A stretch of 64,000 nucleotides of DNA from a virus. Numbering within the stretch: the stretch's first letter is position 1; each line of letters opens with the position of its first letter. Location of the stretch: IMG/VR virus record IMGVR_UViG_3300027899_000008; one strand, 5' to 3'. Shown one piece after another: positions 35,898 through 45,213 of this stretch. A program made the position numbers and the translations under genes. Under the pieces are notes generated by a model. It did no database searches and was not told where the DNA came from. It saw nothing but the letters and a program-made list of their open reading frames with translations.

Positions 35898-37629
35898 TAA
35901 CTTCCCCTTGGTTTAATACACTACTAGTATATAGTGTTTTCACTTGTTCAAGAGGACTAAAAGAAACAATTTCATCATTTATATTCAATTCGCGCATACA
36001 TTTCCAACCAGTATTGGTTAGTAATTTATGCTCAGAGGAAAACTTATAGACATTACCATTATCGTCTTCAATTTCAAACACAGGAGACATACCCTTAACA
36101 AAAAGATTAGTTATTTTTCGAGAATCATTGTTTTTATCATAGACAAAAATATCTACTGGTGGAGTTACCCACTGACCATCTAATAATGTTTCTGGATTCT
36201 TTCCACACAATTCAAATATTTCAGCAAAGGTCATGTCACCATGAGTTGTTTTAATTTTTGTGTCCAGTGTTCCACATCCAGATGGTTTTACACAAGTGAT
36301 TGCGGCAGCAGGGTTGATTCCTATCTTTGATGCCCATTTTTTGTTCGTGTCAATCGCAACTTGCTTAAGTTCAGTCAATGTTTCCTTTAGATTAATTATA
36401 TTGCGCATCATGGTGTTATCCATGATACCTGTGAGAGATACACCCAATAGCGATTCCTCTTCGCAGTTTTTCTTCCATTCTGATGAAAGATATGGGAAGT
36501 ATGTGAGGGATGCTTGCCATGTTCCAAGAATGGCAGCAAGACGAGTCTTACGCTTGAGCGTTTCCATTGTATCTTCTGGACGCACTACAACTTCTGTGAG
36601 GTTACAAAATTCACGATCACGAAGAATAATTTCTGAACATGGATTTGTTCCGAATTCATAATTTGGATTTCTACGATCTCCCAATTTGGCAACTGCTTTA
36701 CGACAAGCATCACGATTGAAGATACCGCGTTCTCCACTCTTTGACTTATAGACCGCAACCCACTCATCCATGAATACGCCTATTTCCGGTTTCTCTTTAT
36801 ACGCGACCGAGTTGTTCGCGAGGGCTCTTTGGGGGTTCTCGTTCCACCAAGCACCTGACTTCGCATCTCGCATCCTTTCATCTGTGAGATTGGATAAGCT
36901 AATAAGAGCAGATCGACGGACTCCTCCCACCACAACAATTTCCGCAATCTTGCAGACGAGGTCGTGGCATTCGATAGATGTGAGTTTTCTCCCTGCTGCT
37001 CTTTTAAAAGAGTCAGCTGTGAATTGGAAGAGATCTTCAAGAGGTCTTGGCCCCGAAGCTCTCCCACCAAAGGTTTTAAGTCTCGCCCCAGTAGGTCGAA
37101 CCTTTGATACATCCCATTTTGGAACCTGACCTCCAATGAGTAGGGAGATAAGTTCTTTGTAACTCTTAGCCCAACCAGCTTTGCTATCTTCCACAATGAT
37201 TGTGGTGTCCGTGTTGGAAAAGTTTTCAGCAATTGTAGGAAGTTTCTCAACATATTGTCTCTCCACGCTAAATCCCACACCAGTTCCACACATCAAAATA
37301 TAAAGAATTTCATCAAATGCTCTCACACGACTAACTGCCACATATGAACAATTATATCCTGCGGTATTATCACGCTTGAGAGCATCTCCTGCGGTCATCA
37401 ATGCTCTCATGCTTGGCATTATCTCAAGATTCAGAACAGCAGTCTCAAGTTCATTTCTGAGTTCTGCTGTCAAATTAAATTTCTTATTATCCTTTAAGTG
37501 GGATTCAAAGAAATCAAAGTAACGCTTGACCGTTTCTTCCCAAGTCTCTCGTCGTTTTTCCTTTTCAATCCAACGAGCATATCGGGAAGTGTGTATAAAT
37601 TTTTGATAATCGGATGGCAATTCTTTCAT
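35866..37629 (-). CDS. nrdJ: N-terminal part of class II (B12) ribonucleotide reductase fused to split-intein N-half (136 aa, 36276..35869)
   Basis: PSMR, GYNCS, GGVRRSA, TNPCSEI, FCNL, TCVKPSG|CGTLDTKI; intein block B FSSEHKLL..GW. Confidence 0.93.
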   Translation of the reverse strand: MKELPSDYQKFIHTSRYARWIEKEKRRETWEETVKRYFDFFESHLKDNKKFNLTAELRNELETAVLNLEIMPSMRALMTAGDALKRDNTAGYNCSYVAVSRVRAFDEILYILMCGTGVGFSVERQYVEKLPTIAENFSNTDTTIIVEDSKAGWAKSYKELISLLIGGQVPKWDVSKVRPTGARLKTFGGRASGPRPLEDLFQFTADSFKRAAGRKLTSIECHDLVCKIAEIVVVGGVRRSALISLSNLTDERMRDAKSGAWWNENPQRALANNSVAYKEKPEIGVFMDEWVAVYKSKSGERGIFNRDACRKAVAKLGDRRNPNYEFGTNPCSEIILRDREFCNLTEVVVRPEDTMETLKRKTRLAAILGTWQASLTYFPYLSSEWKKNCEEESLLGVSLTGIMDNTMMRNIINLKETLTELKQVAIDTNKKWASKIGINPAAAITCVKPSGCGTLDTKIKTTHGDMTFAEIFELCGKNPETLLDGQWVTPPVDIFVYDKNNDSRKITNLFVKGMSPVFEIEDDNGNVYKFSSEHKLLTNTGWKCMRELNINDEIVSFSPLEQVKTLYTSSVLNQGEVNESEEDKTIL

Positions 37630-37630
37630 A

Positions 37631-38344
37631 TTACTCCTTAGTTAAAACATACCAAGATTCGGGAAAAAGAGGTTCAATTATCGTATGTAATGCTTTAGCA
37701 TACTCTCTAACTTCCCATTGTGCGTGTGAATCAGATCGTTGACTATAGACCCTTGCATACGCAGCAAGCGATCCAGTCCACCACCATTCGGTATGTGTCC
37801 CCTGCGGCAGAACAAATCTTGCCTGTTCTGGAGCGACACCTTTATCTATAAGAGAATTATAGACTTCCAAACAACGATCAACTGCGTCTTTATATGTTCG
37901 TTCAAATTTGGTTTTAGTCTCCACATCGGTTATAAAATCCTCAGAACCTTGCTTCACACTTCCAATGGATTTACCTCTCCAAAATGGTTGATAAATGTCT
38001 GGAACATATGAAACATATCGTCGTGAAATTTCATTCTCTACAAATCCAACCTTGTGCTTGAAAAGTTGTGTGCGAATTGAAATCGGTGCTTTGATTCGCA
38101 ATGTAATTTGCGGATGTGCGAACGGAGTCCAATGATTGTGTTCTGCTAGATAGCGAATCAATTTGAAATCCTTATCTGATAATTTTTTATCCTTTATATG
38201 GCCAGAAAAATGTTGTTCACCTTCCCATGAACTTTCTTTGTTAAAGGATACTCTTGCTGCATTTACAATGGTAAGATCCGAACCCATATGGTCCACATAT
38301 TCAACAAATCCGGAATCGAGAACATTAACTCTTTGATTGATCAT
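37631..38344 (-). CDS. thyX: FAD-dependent thymidylate synthase
   Basis: IVNAARVS, HWTPF, QLFKH...NEISRRY, EQARFVLP, HAQWEVR. Confidence 0.93.
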   Translation of the reverse strand: MINQRVNVLDSGFVEYVDHMGSDLTIVNAARVSFNKESSWEGEQHFSGHIKDKKLSDKDFKLIRYLAEHNHWTPFAHPQITLRIKAPISIRTQLFKHKVGFVENEISRRYVSYVPDIYQPFWRGKSIGSVKQGSEDFITDVETKTKFERTYKDAVDRCLEVYNSLIDKGVAPEQARFVLPQGTHTEWWWTGSLAAYARVYSQRSDSHAQWEVREYAKALHTIIEPLFPESWYVLTKE

Positions 38345-38855
38345 TATTAAACTCCTTTATGATACTGCTATCTTCTCCAAGATATTTTTTCATTTGCTCT
38401 AGTATGAATGCCAGAAACTTCTCTTCATCCTTGGCAAACTTACAAATGCCAACAATATTCATCCAATCATCCTCATCGAATGTATTGTATTGTAATTCTC
38501 TACAATGTTGAATTAAATTCTTGATATAACTTTGAATACCAAGAATATCATCTTTCGATGTGTTTTTATTCTTCATCCACAATATAATTCCTTCTTCCTC
38601 ATGGTCAAAGGTAGAAATGAAGGCATTATATGATGCTTGTATCTTAGTGAGAAGAATATTCAATTCCTTTAAGAATTTCTTATTATCTTCATGCCAATAA
38701 TCAAATGTCAAACCATCGACCTTAGTATAGGTGCGAGCATAATCTATTGCTCTGAAAAACATAGCAGAATCACTTTCGCGAACATATTCCGCAAACTTAA
38801 AATGAAATTCTGCAATGCCAACCAACAGAGTATAATCTTTTTTTGGAATCTTCAT
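38325..38855 (-). CDS. Hypothetical protein
   Basis: ORF track; coupled within the operon. Confidence 0.6.
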   Translation of the reverse strand: MKIPKKDYTLLVGIAEFHFKFAEYVRESDSAMFFRAIDYARTYTKVDGLTFDYWHEDNKKFLKELNILLTKIQASYNAFISTFDHEEEGIILWMKNKNTSKDDILGIQSYIKNLIQHCRELQYNTFDEDDWMNIVGICKFAKDEEKFLAFILEQMKKYLGEDSSIIKEFNNDQSKS

Positions 38856-39841
38856 TTACATTTTCTCCATGTATTATACACTAACATCGCTGATGCGCCT
38901 GTGTATGTGTGCTGACTGATTGTATCACAAACATCGACTCCATTCAAGACCATATCATTTATATCTTTATCTTTGATATGTGATGGAAAAATACAAACCT
39001 TTTCTCCAGAATCAATCAACTCCTTGAGCACCGCAGTTACCGCTGTGCTTCTAGGTTCATTGTCTACAATATAAACAAGATTCTCTGTTGGAAACCTGTT
39101 TCTAATTTCTAGAAAATTTCCTATGCCTAAGCAAGCAATCGCATTGGGTAGAAAGAGGCTGTCGATTGGTCCCTCCACAACAAAGATTGTCTTGCTTCTG
39201 TCGATATCTCCAAGACCATGAATTAACTTAACAGATTCATCTCGTCGAAGAGTAATATACTTTGGTTGTGAATTTCCAAATGCCCTTCCTTGCACACCAA
39301 TTATTTTACCATGCACATCATACATGAATATAAGAATACGCTCATCGTCAAGAATATTATATTTCTCATTTACATTCTTGGCAAATTCAGCAAAATGCTT
39401 CGTATATCCAAAGCATTTCCACTTTTCCTTTGGAATCTTGCGATATTCTAGAAACTTAAATACCTTGTGGTCTGACGGCAGGTCATCCAATGATTCATAC
39501 TTCAATGCGCTGAATATCGTGGTATCAACACTAAAATCTGGTTTCACTTCCTCGATTCGCTTACCACCATCTAGAAATTTCTCAAGGCAATATTCCTTAA
39601 ACAACACTGGAGATACAATCTCCAAAAACTTATAGACATTGTGGGACGCGCCGCAGTTATGACACTTAAAGAAATAAGAATTATCGGATTGAAAGAAATA
39701 CCCTCTTGCTTTGTTTTTATTATTCTCAGAATCTCCACAAATAGGACATCTACAATTCGCAAGATTAATTTTCTTCCATTTGAATTTAGAAAGGGAAGAT
39801 GAAACTAAATTTATATATTTTTGATCGATGTAAGCGGACAT
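38852..39841 (-). CDS. gp61: DNA primase (T4 gp61-like)
   Basis: RCPICGDS...KARGY...CHNC zinc domain; VEGPIDSLF; DNEPR; KDINDM. Confidence 0.95.
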   Translation of the reverse strand: MSAYIDQKYINLVSSSLSKFKWKKINLANCRCPICGDSENNKNKARGYFFQSDNSYFFKCHNCGASHNVYKFLEIVSPVLFKEYCLEKFLDGGKRIEEVKPDFSVDTTIFSALKYESLDDLPSDHKVFKFLEYRKIPKEKWKCFGYTKHFAEFAKNVNEKYNILDDERILIFMYDVHGKIIGVQGRAFGNSQPKYITLRRDESVKLIHGLGDIDRSKTIFVVEGPIDSLFLPNAIACLGIGNFLEIRNRFPTENLVYIVDNEPRSTAVTAVLKELIDSGEKVCIFPSHIKDKDINDMVLNGVDVCDTISQHTYTGASAMLVYNTWRKCK

Positions 39842-41224
39842 TCAAAACTTCCAAGCATCGGTGTTTGGTTTCGTTCCTTTTGCAAATTGGTCTTTTACAG
39901 AATTATTAGATTGTTTTGGAACAATTGCTACATTATCCTCTTTCTTGATATCAAATATCTTCATCTTTGCTTTATTGATTCCAAGAATAAATTTACGATT
40001 TATGGTGGTATCGTTATATCGATTCTTAAGTTGCTTCACCATGATTTGATTCATCTCCGCCAGTTCATCTGTCGAAATCAAAGCAAACATGAAATCAGCA
40101 GTAGCAGGAAGACCGAAGGATTCCGATGTATCTTCAAGTCCAACATCACTATTAGAGAATCCTGATCGCGTGGTCTGTGTAGCACTAAAGATTGGAACAT
40201 TATATTCCACTGCCAATCCACGAAGTTCTTCCGCAATTGACTTGATGTAAGTATATGAATTAATATTGTTACCACTCTTCAGTCTAGCAGATGCGCAGAT
40301 ATTCAGATAATCAACAATGATGACATCTGGCTTGAACTTACGCTTTAGATGTAATTCATCTAGAAGAAATCTAAAATGATTTACATTTGCTGTTGCTGTT
40401 GGATATTCCTTGATGATGAGTTTACCTCTGACACCAGCACTGAGATTCTGCATCTTCTTCTCATATACGACTTTCGTAAGTTCACGAAGATTATCAAGAG
40501 TTACATCAAGAAGATTGGCATCAATACGCTCTGCGATTCTCTCCTCTGCCATCTCACAGGTGATATACAAAACATTCTGATGTTGCTTGAGACAATTTGC
40601 AGCATGATGGCAAAGGAACAATGATTTACCCACACCAGTTCCTGCCATCACGATGTTCAAGGTCTTCGCAGGAGTTCCACCATTCGTTATTTGATTAAAG
40701 AAATCAAGGTCAAAGGGAATTCTTTTCTCTGTCGTATGGTAGAATTCATATCGTCGCTCGTAATCCTCAATGTAATCATGTCCGATATGAACATCAAATG
40801 ATATTGCCAATGCCTTTGAGAGTATATCAGGAATCGAACCTTGTGATTGCTGTGTCTTTCCATCAATAATCTGAATGGATTCCATGATTGCGTTGTATAC
40901 TGCCTTTTCCTTACAGAAATTTTCAGTTTCAACCATCAACCATTCAGCATCACATTGTTCCTTGTTAGCAGAAATCTCTTCCACTATATTAGAAATGCGT
41001 TTCATCTCTTCTTGAGTGATGCTCTTATTCTTATCAAGAATGATATACAATGCTTCCTTTGTGGGAAGATTATTATACTTGATTATGAAATCGTGAATTG
41101 TTTCATATACAAATCGCAATGACCTATCATGAAAATACTCCCGCTGAATAAAGGGAGTTACTTTTCTTGAATATGTTTCGTTTTTGATGAGGTTGTGTAG
41201 GATAATATTTTCTATATCAGTCAT
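39842..41224 (-). CDS. gp41: Replicative helicase (T4 gp41-like)
   Basis: AGTGVGKS, EMAEERIAERIDA, IVDYLNI, SATQTTR, SESFGLPATAD. Confidence 0.96.
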   Translation of the reverse strand: MTDIENIILHNLIKNETYSRKVTPFIQREYFHDRSLRFVYETIHDFIIKYNNLPTKEALYIILDKNKSITQEEMKRISNIVEEISANKEQCDAEWLMVETENFCKEKAVYNAIMESIQIIDGKTQQSQGSIPDILSKALAISFDVHIGHDYIEDYERRYEFYHTTEKRIPFDLDFFNQITNGGTPAKTLNIVMAGTGVGKSLFLCHHAANCLKQHQNVLYITCEMAEERIAERIDANLLDVTLDNLRELTKVVYEKKMQNLSAGVRGKLIIKEYPTATANVNHFRFLLDELHLKRKFKPDVIIVDYLNICASARLKSGNNINSYTYIKSIAEELRGLAVEYNVPIFSATQTTRSGFSNSDVGLEDTSESFGLPATADFMFALISTDELAEMNQIMVKQLKNRYNDTTINRKFILGINKAKMKIFDIKKEDNVAIVPKQSNNSVKDQFAKGTKPNTDAWKF

Positions 41225-41433
41225 TTTTGCTCTAGTTCATCGACTCTATGCTTTAATCGTTTTATCTCGTCTGAACCTTGTTGTAGAATATCTTGTATTT
41301 CTCTCCAAAAGGTAAAAACCTGACACAATGAAGCAGCGTTCATCCGTTCTTCAATAGGTTTATTCTCACATCGTGATATCACAAACGGATTATTAAGTTC
41401 ACTGACAACATCATAGATGGGGTTTTCATCCAT
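41221..41433 (-). CDS. Hypothetical protein
   Basis: ORF track; overlaps both neighbours. Confidence 0.55.
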   Translation of the reverse strand: MDENPIYDVVSELNNPFVISRCENKPIEERMNAASLCQVFTFWREIQDILQQGSDEIKRLKHRVDELEQK

Positions 41434-42469
41434 CAGCGTTCTCTATGGTTTTCTCTCCACCATAACTGAACTGAGTATACACTGCCTTCTCCACTAACGC
41501 AAGAACATCTTTGGTAAAATACTTTTCTGGATTATCATAAATCGTCTTCTCAAACGCTTTGGTTCCATCTGGAAGTTCAATGCGCGTTGAATTCTTTTTG
41601 AATATTCCAGCAGACACCGCAACATCCACAAGACCATAATAAGGGTCAAGTCCCGTTTCGTAATTCAACCGAATATCCACCATGCTATTTTCTTTGGTGA
41701 ATCTACCCTTATAAAGTTTACAATGAATGATATTTCCAACAACCTCACCATCAGAATTCTTATCCTTTCGTTTGGAAAGATAAAGAATAGTTGATGCCGC
41801 ATACTTCAATCCCTGACCACCAGCAAGTTCTGCTGTTGGGAACATTCCCATGGATTGATATGTGTGGTTTGTCATCAGAAGAGGAATCTTCGCTACACCA
41901 AGTTTTACCGTCAAGACTCGAAATGTAGCCTTGATGATTTGTGCGCGGGTCATATCCCTTGTATCTTTTCCATCAGCGGTGTCAGTCATCTCTTTGGATG
42001 TGGACAACATTCCCAACGAATCAAGAACAATGAAGGTTGGTTTCTGTTCGCTTTTGGGAAGAGCGATGTATTTGTCTACAATCGTAATTACTTGATGACG
42101 AAATTCTTCTACCGTTGATACTGGAAATACCGCAATTCGTTTTGGGTCAATTCCACGATTCTTGAACATATCAGAAGTAACTGCTTGTTCAGAATCAAAA
42201 TATAAAACAACAGCATTGGGATTATCCCGTAAAAACTTAGAAGCAATTCCCAAAGCAATATAAGTCTTTCCTGTGGATGTTTCTCCCGCAATCGCTGTAA
42301 TTTTATTATTTGGCATTCCATTATAAATGGATGCTGATAGTAGTCCGTTCAGGATATAACATCCAGTATCAACGAATCCACTCACATCACTTCCATCCAA
42401 TCCATCGGAAACTAGTGATGCGTATTTGTTTCCAGACGATTTCACCATTGACGATAAAAAATCACTCAT
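41426..42469 (-). CDS. uvsX: RecA-like recombinase (T4 UvsX)
   Basis: AGETSTGKT, FDSE, VLDSLGML, DMTRA, TNHTY, GGQGLKYAAS. Confidence 0.95.
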   Translation of the reverse strand: MSDFLSSMVKSSGNKYASLVSDGLDGSDVSGFVDTGCYILNGLLSASIYNGMPNNKITAIAGETSTGKTYIALGIASKFLRDNPNAVVLYFDSEQAVTSDMFKNRGIDPKRIAVFPVSTVEEFRHQVITIVDKYIALPKSEQKPTFIVLDSLGMLSTSKEMTDTADGKDTRDMTRAQIIKATFRVLTVKLGVAKIPLLMTNHTYQSMGMFPTAELAGGQGLKYAASTILYLSKRKDKNSDGEVVGNIIHCKLYKGRFTKENSMVDIRLNYETGLDPYYGLVDVAVSAGIFKKNSTRIELPDGTKAFEKTIYDNPEKYFTKDVLALVEKAVYTQFSYGGEKTIENADG

Positions 42470-42479
42470 AATATTCCTT

Positions 42480-43634
42480 TCAACCAAATAGGTTTTCTAA
42501 TGTATTTGTTTTTTCACTTGTCCAATCTATAGTATCTAGAATCGATGTAAGTGGATCGATAAAAGATTTCTGAAACTGGGTATTATAATCAATATATTCA
42601 TGTAGTTCAAATTCCTTTGGAAGAACATTCACGAAAGATACAATTTGGTCCTGTCCTAGCATTCCACCAAGAGGATTTGGTTTCTTAAGATGAAGAAACT
42701 TAATCTTATCTCCTTCAATAATTTTCTTGTATTTCTTACCTATCTTCAACTGATTAAGATAATAATTATAAATCAACGCTCCCTTTACCGCAATTGGAGT
42801 TGACTTCTTGTAGATATTATCCTTATCCGCATATTTGTTCATTCCGTGAACGCTTCGGGGAAACGCAATCGCTTCTGGAGAAAGTGAATTAAATTCAACC
42901 TTGACTCCTTCAATAAAGGAGTGCATGTCTGCATGAGTGCCATTCATTACGATATGAATGGCATTCTTTAAATGCTTTCTCACAATCTCAGGTGTGGAGG
43001 AACGACTAGTCTCGATTCCCATGATTTTCATCTTGGGTTCATCATAGCGAACACCTTCTGAGTCCCATACATTCAATATGTAACGCTTCTTGGCAGTCCA
43101 CATTCCCTTGTCAGCAATGACTTCACGACCCATTTGCATCTTGTTCTCATATGCGTTCATGGTTTCGGATAGTTCTTGAAACTTCTTCTCAATGAATGGA
43201 ATTAGTATCTCTTCTGCTGACTTGTCGAGAAAGTCTACTATGGTGCTTATCTTTGGTTTTGACACCTTAGTTTCTCCATCAAGCATACTGACTGATGGAT
43301 ATACTTTCTCAACAAGATTATTCAGACAAAGATAAACAGAATCTGTATCAGATGCAATAACATAATCAATATCTGTAGTTTTTAGAATCTTGTTTAGATA
43401 TTTGTTAATTTCTTGAGCAATCCATTGAATGGATAACTGACCCGACAGAGTAATCGCCTCTGCGAGTTCGGTAGAATAATATCGAAAGTATTGATTGCCT
43501 ATAGCACCATAGGCAGAGTTTAGTTGAATCTTGCGAACCAACTGAAAGTTGTGATACTTGGAAATATCCAATTCACACTGCTTACGGAGCAATAACAATT
43601 CCTCCGTAGATAATTTTGTTAAATGTTTAGACAT
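42480..43634 (-). CDS. gp43: DNA polymerase gp43, C-terminal subunit (motifs B and C, thumb)
   Basis: RKIQLNSAYGAIGN, AITLSGQ, SDTDS, KKRY, MGIETSRSSTP. Confidence 0.95.
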   Translation of the reverse strand: MSKHLTKLSTEELLLLRKQCELDISKYHNFQLVRKIQLNSAYGAIGNQYFRYYSTELAEAITLSGQLSIQWIAQEINKYLNKILKTTDIDYVIASDTDSVYLCLNNLVEKVYPSVSMLDGETKVSKPKISTIVDFLDKSAEEILIPFIEKKFQELSETMNAYENKMQMGREVIADKGMWTAKKRYILNVWDSEGVRYDEPKMKIMGIETSRSSTPEIVRKHLKNAIHIVMNGTHADMHSFIEGVKVEFNSLSPEAIAFPRSVHGMNKYADKDNIYKKSTPIAVKGALIYNYYLNQLKIGKKYKKIIEGDKIKFLHLKKPNPLGGMLGQDQIVSFVNVLPKEFELHEYIDYNTQFQKSFIDPLTSILDTIDWTSEKTNTLENLFG

Positions 43635-43881
43635 GGGGTTTTATTGTTTGCTTCCATACTCCATCTACAATGAATCCATAAGGTGAAGCTTCATCTTCTG
43701 GAAACTTGGCAACCACATATGGTTTAGTTTTCTTGGTCGTCAGGAGGTCATTCAGTGCCTCGCATTCGGTGACCGCACTAGTCTTCTTTTTGAAGACCAG
43801 AACGCCCCTACGGGGTTCTCCCGAGATGTCTTTCATGTTATCGTCAACAAAGATATTCAGTTTGGTCATAATTCCATACAT
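43627..43881 (-). CDS. Hypothetical protein in the gp43 gap
   Basis: ORF track; its start lies inside the 24-bp repeat. Confidence 0.55.
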   Translation of the reverse strand: MYGIMTKLNIFVDDNMKDISGEPRRGVLVFKKKTSAVTECEALNDLLTTKKTKPYVVAKFPEDEASPYGFIVDGVWKQTIKPHV

Positions 43882-44553
43882 TATCGTCGTCTCCGAATCC
43901 CAATCATACCAGCAATCCCGATCAGCGCAAGTGCCGATGGTGCTGGAACGAGCGCGTATTCAATGTTGTCAATGATAATCTGACTTGCGCCATTAGCACC
44001 AACATTAGTAGAATACACCTTGATCTCGGTGATATTGTTCAGAGGACCAGGATATACGGATTGCAGGTTAAGTTTCACCCGCTGTGCAGCAGCAATTTGA
44101 GCAGTGTAAGTGAATACGCCCTCTCCGTATCGGTAGCCTTCAATAATCACAGTCATTGACGACCAAGCGGAAGTCACCTCAAGACTAGACAATCTCCACA
44201 TTTCGTTTCTACTGATTCTGAAATTGTAGGAGGAAGTCGAACCGAACGGAGTAAAGATGGCACGATCACCAATGATGCCCTCATCATATCCACCATATCC
44301 TGGTCCACCGACAAGATCGTAATACCACCACTTGTTTTCGCTAGCAGCATATGAACTGGTGAAGTTGAATCCTTCATAGTTGCTTAGAGGTTCGTAGTAA
44401 AGTCCAAGTGGTGTCGAATAAATATCCGTAAGTGTCGGCGCAGGAAGATTTTCAAAGGTGCAGAGTTCTGCGTGTGCCGAAGTTGCGAGTAGAGTTGTTG
44501 CGATTAGTGTCTTTAACATTTTATTCCTTTTTGGTCATAATTCCATACATTAT
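43861..44553. repeat. 24-bp direct repeat flanking the PEP-CTERM gene (43861-43884, 44530-44553)
   Basis: TTTGGTCATAATTCCATACATTAT exact in both places. Confidence 0.9.
43881..44519 (-). CDS. Secreted PEP-CTERM (PAP variant) exosortase-target protein
   Basis: Signal peptide ending AHA|E; C-terminal VPAPSALALIGIAGMIGIRRR. Confidence 0.88.
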   Translation of the reverse strand: MLKTLIATTLLATSAHAELCTFENLPAPTLTDIYSTPLGLYYEPLSNYEGFNFTSSYAASENKWWYYDLVGGPGYGGYDEGIIGDRAIFTPFGSTSSYNFRISRNEMWRLSSLEVTSAWSSMTVIIEGYRYGEGVFTYTAQIAAAQRVKLNLQSVYPGPLNNITEIKVYSTNVGANGASQIIIDNIEYALVPAPSALALIGIAGMIGIRRRR

Positions 44554-44568
44554 TGATATCCTTCAGAA

Positions 44569-44639
44569 CTACCCCGCTTGGATTCGAACCAAGAAAAGAA
44601 GCTCCAAAGGCTTCTGTGATACCATTTCACCACGGGGTA
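44569..44639 (-). tRNA. tRNA-Gln(TTG), no encoded CCA
   Basis: Acceptor TACCCCG/CGGGGTA, D arm GTGA/TCAC, anticodon arm GAAGC-CTTTGGA-GCTTC, T arm CTTGG-TTCGAAT-CCAAG. Confidence 0.93.
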
Positions 44640-45179
44640 TTAAAACACATTACTTGCAAGTGCATACATTGCGATACCACTCGCGGTTCCTACATTCAGA
44701 CTTCTGACACTTCCATATTGCTTAATATACAAGATGTGGTCGCAGATGTCAAGAATTTCTGTGGGAATACCAACTTGTTCTTGACCGAATGCTAGAACAT
44801 AATGGGTATTAGAATCCCATTCAAAGGTATCAATCGCCGTAGCACTTGGAACATTATCTATTCCAATCACCTTTAATGTTCCGTAGGTTTGACGAAGAAC
44901 TTTAATTCTATCGTCAAGTTCGGTAAAGGTCTTGGTGTGTAAAAAATTAGTATAATGATGTGTTCCTACAGTGCCACGGCGATCATACTGCTTTGACCCA
45001 TAAAGAATCACCTGCTTCGCAAGAAACGCATTAGCGTTACGAATGACCGTAGCAATATTGAAATCATTATAAAGATTGCTACACACAACGGTAAAATTAT
45101 TCCGTTTGTCTTCAAGGTCAGCAATGATTGCTTCGTGCGACCAGTAGTGAAAGTGGTCAATTATATTCCTTGTCTCCAT
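44640..45179 (-). CDS. SpoU/TrmH-family SPOUT RNA 2'-O-methyltransferase
   Basis: NIATVIRNANAF, FGQEQVGI, SVRSLNVGTASGIAMY. Confidence 0.9.
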   Translation of the reverse strand: METRNIIDHFHYWSHEAIIADLEDKRNNFTVVCSNLYNDFNIATVIRNANAFLAKQVILYGSKQYDRRGTVGTHHYTNFLHTKTFTELDDRIKVLRQTYGTLKVIGIDNVPSATAIDTFEWDSNTHYVLAFGQEQVGIPTEILDICDHILYIKQYGSVRSLNVGTASGIAMYALASNVF

Positions 45180-45185
45180 TGGTAT

Positions 45186-45213
45186 ATTATAGCAGAAAAC
45201 TTTACTTTGTCAA
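45186..45213 (-). promoter_or_regulatory. Sigma70-type promoter overlapping the gp43A stop
   Basis: TTGACA-N16-TATAAT-N6-ATG. Confidence 0.75.

Noticed and set aside
44569-44639. Suppressor tRNA / alternative genetic code
   Set aside because: Anticodon is TTG (Gln), and core genes read intact in code 11
43635-45201. Intron or intein in gp43
   Set aside because: No intein termini at the junctions, no intron core recognised, and the gap is filled with ordinary genes under their own promoter
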